64,000 bases of DNA from Prasinococcaceae sp. CCMP 1430 (taxonomy: Eukaryota > Plantae > Prasinodermophyta): positions 193,458 through 257,457 of the forward strand of contig RQSC01000023.1 of the NCBI GenBank assembly GCA_013416795.1, given 5' to 3'. Every line of letters begins with the position of its first letter. The first letter of the stretch is position 1. Positions 21,534 to 32,988 of the stretch are shown here, piece by piece. A program made the translations under genes and the position numbers. The notes below the pieces were generated by a model that did not search any database, was not told the origin of the DNA, and was given only the letters and a program-made list of their open reading frames with translations.

Positions 21534-23384
21534 ATGGCGCCGTGCGCGCCGCCCGAGGGCGCAGGGCCCGCGGCGGCGTGCTTCGAGGAGCCGCCCGCCA
21601 GTGCGAGTGTGGGCGTGGAAGCGCAGGCGGGCGCGGACCTCGGCGACGCTTGGCTACGCGGCGCGATAGCGCACAGCGCCGACGTGGCGGCACGTGCGGC
21701 GCTGTACCAGGAGGAGCTCGAGGCGGGCAACGCCGCCGACGGCTGCGGCACGTGCGTTGCGGCGACACCGCTGGTGTCGAAAGCGCGCCGGTTGTTCGGC
21801 TTCGTATCGGTGGTGTTATCGCTCCTGCGCCTGTGGGCACTCGACGCGCTCGGCCTGAAGCCGGCAGACGGCGCGCTCGCGTGGCGACAGCGCGTGCGCG
21901 TGCACACCTCGGCCGACCCGCGCGTGAAGGCGACCCGCGCAGGCAGCACAACAGCGTTCATCGATGGCTCCGCGGCAGAAGGCGGCGTGCCGTCGGTCGG
22001 GGTGTGGTATGGTGCCGGCCATGCTCTGAACCTGTCGGCGCGAGTCGACGGCCCCGCGCACAGCACGCACGCCGAGCTTTCAGCGTTATGGCTGGTTCTT
22101 GTGCGCCACCCTTCGAACGTGCCGCTCACCATCCTGAGCGACAGCAGGAACGCGCTGGGGGCGCTGGCGGCGGCAGTAGCTGACGGGCCCGTCCCAAACA
22201 CCGCACCGAGGTCGGCGCGTGCGCTGCGCCTTGCGCTGCAGCTGCGCTCCGCTAAGACGGTCGCGCGGCGCGTGCCTGGCCACAGCGGCCACAGGGACAA
22301 TGACTTTGCCGACAGGCTCGCCGCAGCGGCTGCGGCAGACGAGAGCGCGCGCCTCATCCGCGTGCCGCAGACTTGTACGCGCACGGAAGGAGGGCGCGAC
22401 GCAGCGCAGGACAGACACCGCACGCGAGGTCGACAAGGCGCGAGGCAGCAGCAGCGGGTGGGCGAGCCCTCGCGCGTGTCGCTGCGCGCGCGCCTCGAGA
22501 GTCCTCTGTCGCTGGTGCTGCAATTCGGCCGCGAGCTGAATCAGCTGGCTACCAACAAGCTCTCCGCAGCCGCTGTGGAGGCCGTCGCGTCCGTTGAGGG
22601 CGGAGGTGGTGGAGTAGGGAACAAGGCACCGCGGCCACCTCGAAAGGTAAGCCTGCGCGCACACGAAGAGACGAGACGTGGCGTTTTGGCCTTGCACCGG
22701 CGCATCGCGCGGATGCGCAAGCGCGACTGACCCCTCTGGTGCGGGCTCTTCGGGGTGTAGATGCGTCCACCAACGCCCATCGGTTCGGAAACTGGCCTTA
22801 CCGACGCACTCGCGCTGGATTGTGAGATGGTGGGTGTCGGGCCGCGCGGAGCGCTGTCGGCGCTGGCCCGGGTGGCTGTGGTCAACTCGCATGGCCATGT
22901 GGTATATCACAGCTGGGCTCGGCCCGCGCATGCGGTGACTGACTACCGCACGTACGTCTCTGGGGTGCGCGAGGAGGACATTCGCGATGCGCCATCAGAA
23001 GCACACGTGTGCGCCGAGGTGCACCGTATGATCAAGGGGCGCACACTGGTGGGGCACAGCATCGACTGCGACCTCGACGCGCTCAATGTGAAAGACGTGC
23101 GAGCATTAGAGCTCACCGTGCGCGACACCGCTCAGTACCGACCCCTCTGCCACGGCACTGGACGCCCGAAGAAGCTGAGGGTGCTCGCGCGCAACGAACT
23201 CGGAATACTCATACAGCAGAAGGGACAGGAGCACCACCCGGTGGACGACGCGCGTGCTGCGATGTACCTCTACCTCAAGCACAGAGCGCAGTGGGAGGCC
23301 TACGCAACGCGTGTGGCGAGGTCGGCCAAGGGGCGCAGCAAGCGCTCGCGGAGGGACTTCGGCGCGGGCTTCAACAGGCTGTGA
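21534..23384 (+). CDS. RNase H1-like domain fused to REX4-type DEDDh 3'-5' exonuclease (2 exons)
   Basis: RNase H motifs FIDGS, HAELSA, ILSDS, VPGHSG..NDFAD. Phase-0 intron 22647-22760 (AAG|GTAAGC...ACTGAC...TGTAG) joins in frame to ALDCEMVGVG...TDYRTYVSGV...GHSIDCD...HHPVDDARA. Confidence 0.85.
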
Positions 23385-23428
23385 GCAATGAATAGTCAAT
23401 TAATACAGTACATAGCCGTGTGTGGTGT

Positions 23429-24610
23429 TCACGCGGGTTCAGCCGAGCCGTCGGCAATAAGCCGTTCCAATGTCTTGCTGCCATAGGCTACGGCAGTCTG
23501 AAGAGACTCCGTGGGGTTGTCTTCGTCAAAGCCTGTAGGTGAGGCGCGCGTACGAAAGGAAGGAAAGGCGTGCGCTCGTAAGCATCGACACCGCGAGCGA
23601 GCACTTCGCGGACCCATGAGGCGGCGGTGGCGCATGGCGCACGGCGTCTCACCCACCTTGCATGTCTATCATCCGGACCTCGCCATGTTCAAACGCGAGC
23701 TCGTGATGCCGTTCGAGGGGGTAGCCCGTGAGCGCCGCCTGCCAGACGTCTGTCCGGTCGATGTGTGACACTTGGATAATATCGCGACCGGTGTAGATTC
23801 GCTCCAGTCGCGAGTATGTCTCAATCGCGGTCCTGTAAAGATCGAAGACTGACTCGGCGCTCTCCTCAGGAGCCATCGAATCCTCCGCCATCGGAGGGCG
23901 CGACCTGATGTCGAGAGCGTCATTTGCCCACACTGCCTCTCTCCCCGCCAGCGGGCCACCCTCCAGTGCTCCCATCGGTCTCGGATCGTAGTTGCGATAG
24001 GTGACCCTGAAGTTAGAGTAGCCTGCGATGCCTTCCTCTGCGAACGAGCACAGGCAGTGTCAGAGGCGTGCAGGCGCGGCCGAGCGCGCGAGCGCCCGCG
24101 AGCCGCGCACCAACGCGCATGCACCCGCACGCACCTACGAGGACAGATGCGGAGGCATTCGCGCGATAGAAATTGCTGGTGTAGATGAGCGGCTCGCCAT
24201 CGCACCCCATAGCGTCGAGCACGAGCGCCGCGTTCTGCATCTGCCTCTCGCCGCGCGGCGTGAGGCCCCACTGGACGTCGTACTTTGTCCCAGGATTCGT
24301 CTTGATTGTACCCTTACCAACGTCTGTGTAGCTGCGACGCGTGGGACTGCGTCAGCCGGGGCGCGACGGGCGCGCTCGCACGCGTGCGCTCGCATGCAGC
24401 GCGGTGGTCGAGCCCGAGCGCTCGCGAGCGCGAGCGCAGGACTGACCTCTCCCCGGCGCGTATGATGAAGTAGCGATTATGCAGCTGCTGCGGGGGTATG
24501 ATGCCCGCGCGCGCTGGCGGCGCGAGCACCGCGGCCCCCGCTGCCGCGAGGCACAGCCTGCGCGGCACCGCTGCCGACCGGCCCCGCAGCCCACGCCATC
24601 CCCGCACCCC
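23429..24610 (-). CDS. Histidine-phosphatase/phosphoglycerate-mutase-like protein, probably plastid-targeted (multi-exon; start uncertain)
   Basis: HNRYFIIRAGE variant of RHG motif; MGALEG, ESVFD, QAALTGYPLERHHELAFEHGEVR resemble the plant chloroplast PGM-like family; exons approx. 24447-24610, 24136-24331, 23656-24020, 23429-23534. Confidence 0.75.
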
Positions 24611-25200
24611 CTACCCCCACCCCCGCGCCGCCTCTGCGACCATCTGTGGCGCCATCCCAGCCCCCTACCCACCCACCCACCCACCCGCCCCTCATCGCCG
24701 GCGTCACCGCTGCCCCGCCCCCTGCTCCGCAGCGCGTGCTCGGCACGCGCGCGCGCACTCCCGCTCCCTCGATCCCAATTGCCGCAATTGGAAAATTCGG
24801 AATCGGTTGCAATCGCAATCGCGGCCGTACGCTCGCCCGCGCGAATCGATCGACCAACCAACCAAACGGTGGGCCGCTGGCCGGTGTGCGCGCGCGCGCG
24901 CGCGCGGGCCAGCCACTGTTTGGGGTATGTATGATAGGGTTCGGCGCGGGAGGAGCGATGCGCGGCGACGGCGCCCGCGCGAGGGCGAGCGCGACTTGGA
25001 GGTCGATGCGGCAGGCGCATCAGCAGCTCAAGGTCGTCGATGCCGCCGTGGAGGGCGAGCGAGCGATACGCTCCGGTGGCTTCGTCGCGGCGCGCGCGCC
25101 ACGGGCGAGGACAGTGACAGTCACACGATGGCCGTGCTCGGGGGTTGACCGGCAATAGACTACTATACAACGTGAGAACGAGCAAGGCGAAGCTACCAGG

Positions 25201-26080
25201 TCATGCCGTGACCCTCTCGACGATGGACGTAATGAGCGACATATAACGCTCGGGCTCTTCCTTGAGCAGCTCCACGTGCTTCACCTCAGGGCTGAATTCA
25301 CAGATGGTGACCTCTCTCCGACCTGCATCGCGCTGTGCGTCGGCGAAAGCGATAATGTCTGCTTTCGGGATGACCTCGTCTGTGGGGGTGTACATGTAGA
25401 GTTGAGGTGCGTCTGGAGACGCTGCCAGTGTGCTCTTCCACGCTTCGTTCGCGCGCGAGAAGGTGTCGTTTAGCTGGGGCAGCACCTTGAGAGTGGCCGC
25501 GGCGATAGCCTCGAGCGCCCCGCCGAGCGCGCCATCGCGAGCGCCCAGGCTTCCCAGGTATGCCGCGCCGAAGCCGCGCGCGACGACTTCCTGGGTCACG
25601 TTCGCCGCGGGCGACGAGTCGAAGACAGCCGCGGCCAGAGGCGCCGCGTCGGGTGCGCGAGCCCTCAGCGCCGCGGCTGCCGTCAGCCAGCCCGCGTGCG
25701 AGCATGTTTGGACGATGAGCGGGCGCGAGAGGCCGCCGGCTGGCTCAAGCGCCGCTCGACGCGCGGATGCAGCCGCCCCGGCTCGTCCGCCCAAGATCTC
25801 CACCAAGCGCGGCTGCACCGCTCTCGCGCTGGCCACGCCCGGCACCTTCGTCCACGCCTCCACGTACTTCGACAACGGCCGCGCGCTCGAGCCCAACCTT
25901 CCCGCGGGCAGCGCCCCGCGCCGTCAGCTCGCGCACGAGCGCAACCTCTGCGAGGGGAGGACAGCGCGCGGGGCAGACGCACCAGCCGAAGATGACGACG
26001 TCGATGCTCCCGTTGCGCTCCTCGCCGCCGCCGCGCGCTGTGGCGGCGGCGGCGGGGGGCGCGGCGCGCGCGCACCCCCG
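25201..26080 (-). CDS. DUF829/TMEM53-like alpha/beta-hydrolase-fold protein (5' end at single-n gap)
   Basis: VVIFGW|LGSSARPLSKY (intron ~25898-25983), VFDSSP, PQLYMYTPTDEVIP, KHVELLK..PERY. Confidence 0.82.
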
Positions 26081-26177
26081 NAGGTGATGGGGGTAGCGCT
26101 CGCTGCCGAGCAGAACGCGTTGCACCGCCAGGCGCTCTCGCTGCGCGCGTGGGGCCGCCGGCGCTCTGGCCGGGGCG

Positions 26178-29100
26178 ATGCGGCGCTCGCGGCGCTCGGC
26201 GATACAAGATGAGGACGAGGTGGCGGAGGATGCGGTGCCGGCCGGCGCAGCGCCCGCCGGCGAGCCGGCGGACGAACCGGTCGCGGGCGTCGACCTCCCC
26301 TACCTTGAGCCGCGGCGCTCGCGCAGGGCCGCCGCCGTCCGCGCGGCCTCTGTGGCCGCCGCCGCTGCAGAGGCCAGCGACGAGGACGAGGACGAGGACG
26401 AGGATCGGCCCGTGGGTAGGCGCTCCTCGCGTGTGCGCTCGCAACCAGAGCGTCTGAGTCCGGCTTTCGAGCGACGCAGCAGGAGCAAGCCCGAAGACGA
26501 CGAGGAGGACTGGGAGGAGGAGGAAGGCGACTATGAAGAGGAGGAGGAGGAGGAGGAGGAGGAGGGCGATTACGACGACGAGGAGGAAGAGGAGGAAGAG
26601 GAGGAGGACGAGCTCCTGCCTCGCCGCGTGTCTGGCCGGCAGAAGAGCATGGTGGAGCGCTACTCACCGGGCCCAGAGGCGCGCGCTGGGCGCGAGCGCC
26701 GCGAGTCTGCGGAGGGGCGCAGGAACAGTGGGGGACGGGCGGACGGCGGAGGCGGCGGATCCAGGGCGCACCGCGGCAGTGCGCGCGACGAAAGGCAGCG
26801 CGGCCGCAAGCGCCGCCTAGACGATGCGCCGACTTGGAGCGATGACGACGTGGGGATCACGCCGCTGCGGCGCGGCAGGTCGGGCGGCGACGCCGCGCCG
26901 AGGGGTCAGGATCCCTACCACGCCCTGGTCGCCGGCCTCATGGCCGGCAAGGGCGGCGACGAACCTGGCGGCATGGGCTTGCCGGGCGTGGCGGCGGCGC
27001 AGAAACCCGCCAACGCGGACATCGCTCCAATGGAGGTCGATGAAAGCGTAGGCTTCGACATGGTCGGCGGCCTCGATTCGCATGTCGCCAAGCTGAAAGA
27101 GATGGTCTTCCTCCCGCTCCTGTATCCTGAGGTCTTCGATCTGTACAACGTGACGCCGCCGCGCGGCGTGCTCTTCTACGGCCCGCCAGGCACGGGAAAG
27201 ACGCTCTGTGCGCGGGCGCTGGCGGCCGGTGCATCGCGTGGGGGCAAGAAGGTGAGCTTCTTCATGCGCAAGGGCGCGGACGTGTTGAGCAAATGGGTCG
27301 GCGAGGCTGAGCGCCAGCTCCGGGCGCTCTTCCAGGAGGCGCAGCGGCTGCAGCCCTCGATCATCTTCTTCGACGAGATCGACGGCCTCGCTCCGGTGCG
27401 CTCGTCCAAGCAGGACCAGATCCACAACTCGATCGTGTCGACGCTGCTCGCGCTCATGGACGGCCTCGACAGCCGCGGGTCGGTGGTCGTGCTCGGTGCC
27501 ACCAACCGCCTGGACTCGCTGGATCCGGCGCTCCGCCGCCCGGGCCGTTTCGACCGCGAGCTTCTGTTTCCGCTGCCATCACTGCCCGCGCGCCGAACAA
27601 TTCTGGATATTCACACCAAGAAATGGCAGCACCCGCCCGAGGCTGACGTGCTGGACGAGCTTGCACGTGGCACTGTTGGCTACTGCGGCGCTGATCTCAA
27701 GTCGCTCTGCGCGGAGTCAGCCATCGGCGCACTCAGGCGCACCTACCCTCAGATTTACGAGTCGGAGAAAAAGTTGCTGATCGACGCGGCGTCCGTGCGC
27801 GTGGGGACGGAGGACTTTCGTGCGGCGATGAAGTCTATCACACCTGCGTCGCACCGCTCGGCGCTGGTGTACTCAGCGCCTCTGCCGCGCAGGTCGGAGC
27901 CGCTGCTCGTGGCCTCGCTTAATGCCGCCCTGGGCATCGTCCGCGAGGCTTTCCCACCGGCGGACGAGGCTCTGCGCGTGGCGGAGGCGGAGAACAGGCT
28001 CGGGGACGCGTCAGCACGCGCCGGTGACGGGGTTACCGGCGGTGCGCCGAGGGTCGTCGGCGAGTCTCAGGCCTGCTCGATCGCCGAAATCGACGGCGAA
28101 GACAGTCTCGCCGCGGCTGGAGGGCCTGCGTATGCGTTGTCTCTCCTTGCGGTGCCTCATGCCGTGCGCCCTCGGCTACTGCTGGTAGGGACGCCGGGCG
28201 GCGGGCAGAACGCTGTCGCACCCGCGTTGTTGCACGCTCTCGAGTCTCTCCCTGTTCATGGCATCGGCCTGCCCAGCCTCGTGTCCGAAGCTGGCTCGCG
28301 CTCGCCTGAGGAGGCGCTAGTTGTGACTGTCGGCGAGGCGAGGCGAGCGGCGCCGTCGGTGCTGTACCTCCCCCAGCTGCACACGTGGTGGGAGGCCGCG
28401 CACGATCAACTACGCTGTACGCTGCTGACGCTGCTTGCGGACCTGCCCCCCGAGCTGCCTGTCCTGCTGCTGGCCACCGCCGATGCGGACCTCGACGGCA
28501 AGGAGGGCGATGTGGTCAACGGCCTCGATCCCCGCGCGCTGGCCCTTTTCGGGCCTGAGGACATCCTTGAGGTGGGTGCCGCATCAGCCGCGGCACGTGC
28601 CACATTCTTTGAGCCCGTGCTGCAGTCCGCGCTGGCGGGTCCCCAAGTTCGCACGCAGGCGGAGCGCGTGCCGACCAAGTCACTGGAGGAGCTGCCGCTT
28701 GCCCCTGTCGAGAAGAAGACAAAGAGCGCCGAGGAGCTCGCCGAGGAGCGCAAGCTCGAGGAGGTTGCGCTGCGCCGCCTTCGTATGCAGCTGCGCTTCG
28801 TGTGCCAGCAGGTGTGCTCCGAGCACAAGTGGAATCTTTTCGTGGTGATGATGAGTGACGAGGAGCTCCCAGGCCTCCGTGCGTGTGCCGAGGAGCTCGG
28901 GGTGGAGCCCCTGGACGTTTGCCTGCTGCTGTCTGGTATAGACAGCGCCAAGTACCAGACGCTGGCGTCGTTCGAGGCCGCGGTTGGCGCCATGGCAAAG
29001 ACGGTGTGTGCATATTTCGAACGCGAAATCGCTGCGCGCGATGCCCCTGATGTGGTCGCCACCGGAGCGTACGGGGGATACTCGGTCGCGGAGGCGCGCC

Positions 29101-29702
29101 GGATTATCAGCAAGGCGCGTGCGATGGAGGACTTCTTCGGCGAGAAGCTCGCGTGCGTCGACCGAGCGTTGGCGGACGAGTGCGAGGCCATCGTCAAGCG
29201 CAGGGGTGAGGAGCAGCAGGGCTTGGGTGAGCAGGGGCTGAGCAACGGGGGCGAGGCGCCTCAGCCTGCGCGCCGACAGCGCGAGAAAATAGATGTGGAC
29301 GTCTTCAGCGACCCCGAGGAGATGCTGAGGAAGCTCCGGCAGGAGAAGCGCGCGGCGATGCTTGCCAGGGCCATCGGTGAGGAGGAGGACGATGAGGGAC
29401 CTGCTGGCGGCGGCGAAGGCACGAGCGCGCGGGCCGGGGCTAACGGCTTCTACGCGTCACCGGTGATGAGGGTAGCTCCTGCCGTGGCGGGCCCTCCGAC
29501 CGACGCGCAGGCCAAGGCGATGCGCGATGCGGTGGGGCTGATCGTTGAGACGACCGAGGGCGCGCGCTTCGAGTACATGGAGGCGCTGCACGCGAGGGTG
29601 TGCAACGCAATGCGCAGGGCGATGGTTGGCGGCGTCGATGGCTGCAATGAGCGGGTCGCAGCTGCGCTCGGCCGTCTGGCGCGCTCGCTGGCGGCGGCCT
29701 GA
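26178..29702 (+). CDS. ATAD2: ATAD2/Yta7-like AAA+ ATPase with acidic N-terminus and degenerate bromodomain
   Basis: LKEMVFLPLLYPE, GPPGTGKT, FFMRKGADVLSKWVGEAERQL, FFDEIDGLAPVRSSKQDQIH, LRRPGRFDRE; second degenerate AAA domain. Confidence 0.95.
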   Translation: MRRSRRSAIQDEDEVAEDAVPAGAAPAGEPADEPVAGVDLPYLEPRRSRRAAAVRAASVAAAAAEASDEDEDEDEDRPVGRRSSRVRSQPERLSPAFERRSRSKPEDDEEDWEEEEGDYEEEEEEEEEEGDYDDEEEEEEEEEDELLPRRVSGRQKSMVERYSPGPEARAGRERRESAEGRRNSGGRADGGGGGSRAHRGSARDERQRGRKRRLDDAPTWSDDDVGITPLRRGRSGGDAAPRGQDPYHALVAGLMAGKGGDEPGGMGLPGVAAAQKPANADIAPMEVDESVGFDMVGGLDSHVAKLKEMVFLPLLYPEVFDLYNVTPPRGVLFYGPPGTGKTLCARALAAGASRGGKKVSFFMRKGADVLSKWVGEAERQLRALFQEAQRLQPSIIFFDEIDGLAPVRSSKQDQIHNSIVSTLLALMDGLDSRGSVVVLGATNRLDSLDPALRRPGRFDRELLFPLPSLPARRTILDIHTKKWQHPPEADVLDELARGTVGYCGADLKSLCAESAIGALRRTYPQIYESEKKLLIDAASVRVGTEDFRAAMKSITPASHRSALVYSAPLPRRSEPLLVASLNAALGIVREAFPPADEALRVAEAENRLGDASARAGDGVTGGAPRVVGESQACSIAEIDGEDSLAAAGGPAYALSLLAVPHAVRPRLLLVGTPGGGQNAVAPALLHALESLPVHGIGLPSLVSEAGSRSPEEALVVTVGEARRAAPSVLYLPQLHTWWEAAHDQLRCTLLTLLADLPPELPVLLLATADADLDGKEGDVVNGLDPRALALFGPEDILEVGAASAAARATFFEPVLQSALAGPQVRTQAERVPTKSLEELPLAPVEKKTKSAEELAEERKLEEVALRRLRMQLRFVCQQVCSEHKWNLFVVMMSDEELPGLRACAEELGVEPLDVCLLLSGIDSAKYQTLASFEAAVGAMAKTVCAYFEREIAARDAPDVVATGAYGGYSVAEARRIISKARAMEDFFGEKLACVDRALADECEAIVKRRGEEQQGLGEQGLSNGGEAPQPARRQREKIDVDVFSDPEEMLRKLRQEKRAAMLARAIGEEEDDEGPAGGGEGTSARAGANGFYASPVMRVAPAVAGPPTDAQAKAMRDAVGLIVETTEGARFEYMEALHARVCNAMRRAMVGGVDGCNERVAAALGRLARSLAAA

Positions 29703-30588
29703 TGGCCCCCTTGAGGCGGGGCCACTGCTGGGGGGCGATCGTTGCGAGGACCGACTGCAAGCGACTGCATGCGACCGTAAGACCATGTTGCTACTGTACC
29801 TCCAACTGATGAGGTGCTTTTTTTAAAGTGCCGAAACGCAGCTGGCGCCGGCCAACGTTCGTGCAGTCGTGGGTGCAACTGCTGCATCTATGCAGCCACC
29901 TGCATGCGAGGGCCGCTGCAGCCGTGGATGCGTGCACGGCTGGTGGCGAAGCGTGTATTCCGGCGGGAGCGTGGCTGGCTCCGGCCTGCTCTCCGGCCTC
30001 GTGCGGTCGACATCCACTCGGTGCATACAAAAGAGGAAATGCAAATGCTAAAAAAGCCAGTCGCGGTGCAGAGGGAGGCCACGTGGTGCAGACGAGTGTG
30101 TGCACACGGCCGCTCCCTTGGCTGGCAGCGCGTGCAGTTTTACCTCGGCGTCGGGGCATCCCCCCGGGCCAAGGTCGGAAGCCACAAAAGAAAAGTCTTG
30201 CTTGAGCTGTCCTGTCCTGTTCGTTCGTGCAGGGTTACTGTGTGCGCGACCTTGTGATGGAACTCGCTGAATCTGTCGCGTGTGGTAGTGACACTGTCTC
30301 GGGATGCCGGTTAGTAGACAAATAGTACTGTAGTTGCCCCGAGATGGTGAATATAGAGTGCATGCCCGGGCGCGAGGCATCTCCTGCTTTGAAGTGCCAT
30401 CGCGTCACCTCTCTTCTCTCTGTGTCGCCCCTCGTCTTTCGTTCGCGCGTGATGTACAGTTGTGTAGGTGAGATGGTCGCGCGCCTGCTCTAGTAGTAGT
30501 CCAAAGAAGATCGCGTCGCGCATAAGCGCGCGGATGGCCGCCGCCTCATCGTAGAGCCTCACGGTCTGTACGCGTCGTATGTGTACTT

Positions 30589-32988
30589 TCAATAGCCCCA
30601 GGTGCCACCGGCCATGCCCGGCGCCGACATTTGGCCATCGCTCCATAGGCCCGCCTGCTGCAACTGATGCTGCTGTGCGAGCACCGCGGTCGCCCGTTCC
30701 TGGTGTTGTTGCTGGCCCTGCCGCTGCTGCTGTTGGGACAGCGGCGCCGTCGGCTGGGCGAAGTAGCCACCGCGCGTGGGAGACACATCCAAGCCAGCCC
30801 CCGCCATGCCTGGCAAGCCGCTGGGGTAGAACGCTTCTGCGTCCTCCGTGCCAGCGAGCGGCGATCCCAGCGCATTGTCCTCGTTCCATTGATACCACCC
30901 GGCGCTGCTGCCGCCGTACTGGTGCGCGGAGCGCGAGCGTGGCAGTCTTGGGCCCGCGTGTTGTTGGGGAACGGGCTGTGCGCGGCGTGGGTTGAACGCC
31001 ATCGTAGGAAGTACGGGCGGGTGATGATACGTGGCCCCCCTTCGAACGTGTCCCCTGTCTCTCTCGTGGCTGGGGTAGTATTCGCTGGGAAAGGACGGCG
31101 ACGACATCGACGGCGCTATGCCTGCGCTGCGGCTCCGCCCACCCCCTATGCCGTAACCCGGCCCGGCCACCGCGCCATAGTGCCCTGCCTGGGCGGCAGC
31201 GCCAAGCGCACCAGGGTGGTGGTGGCTGCCGTGCGCCAGCGGTCCCGTCGATTGCATGAACAGGTCTTGCAGCATGCGCTCGGCCGTTGCCACACTCTCC
31301 TCGTGCTGCGAGGAGATAGTGATGGTGGGTCCCGGCTGGGCGTGCTGGTCTAGCTGCAGGCGTGCGCCGGAGGCATCCTCGAGGCGGCGGATAGTCGCGC
31401 CCGCACGCCCGATCACTTGGGCGATGCGCTCTCGGGGGCAGTCGATTGTCTTGGCATGCACAGTGGCGCCGGGGATGACGCTACCGACGCCACCAAATGG
31501 CGCGCTGTCGATGAGCTTCTCTATCTCCGCGGCCGCCGCCGCGACGGAATCGGCCGATCCGGTGATGGTGATGGGCCGCGGCTCGCCCGCAGGCAGCCCC
31601 TGCTGACGAATGTCGACGTGCACAGCGAACTTGGACTGGATGAGACGAATAGTCTCGCCGCCCTTCCCAATGATGCGGCCAACGATGGCTGGCGGGCACT
31701 GTATCACCTGCTGATGGCCCGCGGGGATCGGCTCGACCGCAGGCCCACCGTTCGTACCAGGCAGCTCGTCCGGCTCGCCGAGGTATCGCGGCTCGACGCG
31801 CGTGAGCTCAGCCGCTTTGCTGCTGCCCGCGTGGTCGTAGTAGAAGCTTGACTGAGCATGCTCGGGCTGGCGGGCGGCGACAAGCCCCACCGTGCCGCTG
31901 TTGGAGCTCGTGTTACGCAGTAGTGGGTCACTTCGCACGCCCGAGGGGTGCGCGTTGGCTGGCAGGTGCGGTGGCGGCGCGTGGTCCACAGGCGATGGTG
32001 TCGACACCTGCCTGTGCGCCGCGGGCCGCAGGCGTGCGGACGTGCTGCTCGGCATGCCCTGGAGGGGTGGTGCGACTCCAGGCACGACGGCGGACTGCAG
32101 CTGCTGCGGCTGCTGCGGCTGCTGCGACTCCGCTAGCAGGGCGTCGCGGGTCGGGCCGCCGCGCGCGAGTGGTCGCGACGCGTTTGCGGGCGAAGCATTG
32201 TCGGTGGTGTGCTGCGGCAGCGAGGGGTGCGCCTGCCGCGGGGTGACCGGCATCTGCAACATGGCAGCAGACGAGCCCGGTGGCAGCGGGTGCGCTGCAT
32301 GCCGACCGAGCAGAGAGGCGGTCGGCCTGGGAGGCGAGGGCATCGCCACCGTCGGAGCGCGTTCGGGAAGGCCGAGGTCAAGGAGCGCTACTTGACTCCT
32401 ACCAGGTGACATCGCCACGTTTCCGGGATGCAGATCTTTGTGCAACGTTCGCTGCGATGCCCCGCCTCGGGCCTGCTGCAAATCTTTTGCAGGCGAGGCG
32501 GGCGCAGAGCGCGACTGCTGCTCGCGTCCGCTAGGCGACGACAACAAAGGCGCGGATACTGCGCCGGATATGACGGCGCTCAGCGACATCCGGGCGATAC
32601 CCTCGACGAGCGCGTCCGCCGGCTGGTCGGCGCCTGCTGGCGCGCGCTGCGCCCGGTCGGACGGCGCCAGCGCCACCGGAGCCTCGTCGGCGGTGTCGGC
32701 GTCCCGATCGTCAGCGGTGTCGGCTCCCCGCCCTTCTCCGCGGCTTTCGCGACTCCGATCAAGGCCGCTGCCGCCGGCCATCGGCAGCTGCGACGGCCGA
32801 GAGGATGACGTGCTTTTTGCCGATCTTTCGATGATGACATGCTCATGGTGCGCCTTCATCTGCTCTTCCGCTGGCGGTGGCGCCTCAATCGCCCGCTCGT
32901 CCTTCACCGCCCCCGCGGTCACGTCATCGCCAGCCCCCTGCGCGCCGTCGCTGGCATGTCGTTCGCCGCTTCCCTGGCCCTCTGACAT
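30589..32988 (-). CDS. KH-domain RNA-binding protein (two KH domains)
   Basis: IVGRIIGKGGETIRLIQ and IAQVIGRAGATIRRLEDASGA GxxG loops within a low-complexity ORF. Confidence 0.88.
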   Translation of the reverse strand: MSEGQGSGERHASDGAQGAGDDVTAGAVKDERAIEAPPPAEEQMKAHHEHVIIERSAKSTSSSRPSQLPMAGGSGLDRSRESRGEGRGADTADDRDADTADEAPVALAPSDRAQRAPAGADQPADALVEGIARMSLSAVISGAVSAPLLSSPSGREQQSRSAPASPAKDLQQARGGASQRTLHKDLHPGNVAMSPGRSQVALLDLGLPERAPTVAMPSPPRPTASLLGRHAAHPLPPGSSAAMLQMPVTPRQAHPSLPQHTTDNASPANASRPLARGGPTRDALLAESQQPQQPQQLQSAVVPGVAPPLQGMPSSTSARLRPAAHRQVSTPSPVDHAPPPHLPANAHPSGVRSDPLLRNTSSNSGTVGLVAARQPEHAQSSFYYDHAGSSKAAELTRVEPRYLGEPDELPGTNGGPAVEPIPAGHQQVIQCPPAIVGRIIGKGGETIRLIQSKFAVHVDIRQQGLPAGEPRPITITGSADSVAAAAAEIEKLIDSAPFGGVGSVIPGATVHAKTIDCPRERIAQVIGRAGATIRRLEDASGARLQLDQHAQPGPTITISSQHEESVATAERMLQDLFMQSTGPLAHGSHHHPGALGAAAQAGHYGAVAGPGYGIGGGRSRSAGIAPSMSSPSFPSEYYPSHERDRGHVRRGATYHHPPVLPTMAFNPRRAQPVPQQHAGPRLPRSRSAHQYGGSSAGWYQWNEDNALGSPLAGTEDAEAFYPSGLPGMAGAGLDVSPTRGGYFAQPTAPLSQQQQRQGQQQHQERATAVLAQQHQLQQAGLWSDGQMSAPGMAGGTWGY

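Noticed and set aside
21930-22340. RNase H as a retrotransposon remnant
   Set aside because: No reverse transcriptase, integrase, gag, LTR or poly(A) nearby; it splices into a cellular-type exonuclease
2055-29702. Functional cluster of chromatin genes (PWWP, HDAC, ATAD2)
   Set aside because: Interspersed with unrelated housekeeping genes; no evidence beyond chance in a compact genome
29703-30588. Short ORFs and an 8-bp hairpin between ATAD2 and the KH gene
   Set aside because: Consistent with convergent 3' UTRs; no coding or RNA-family signature
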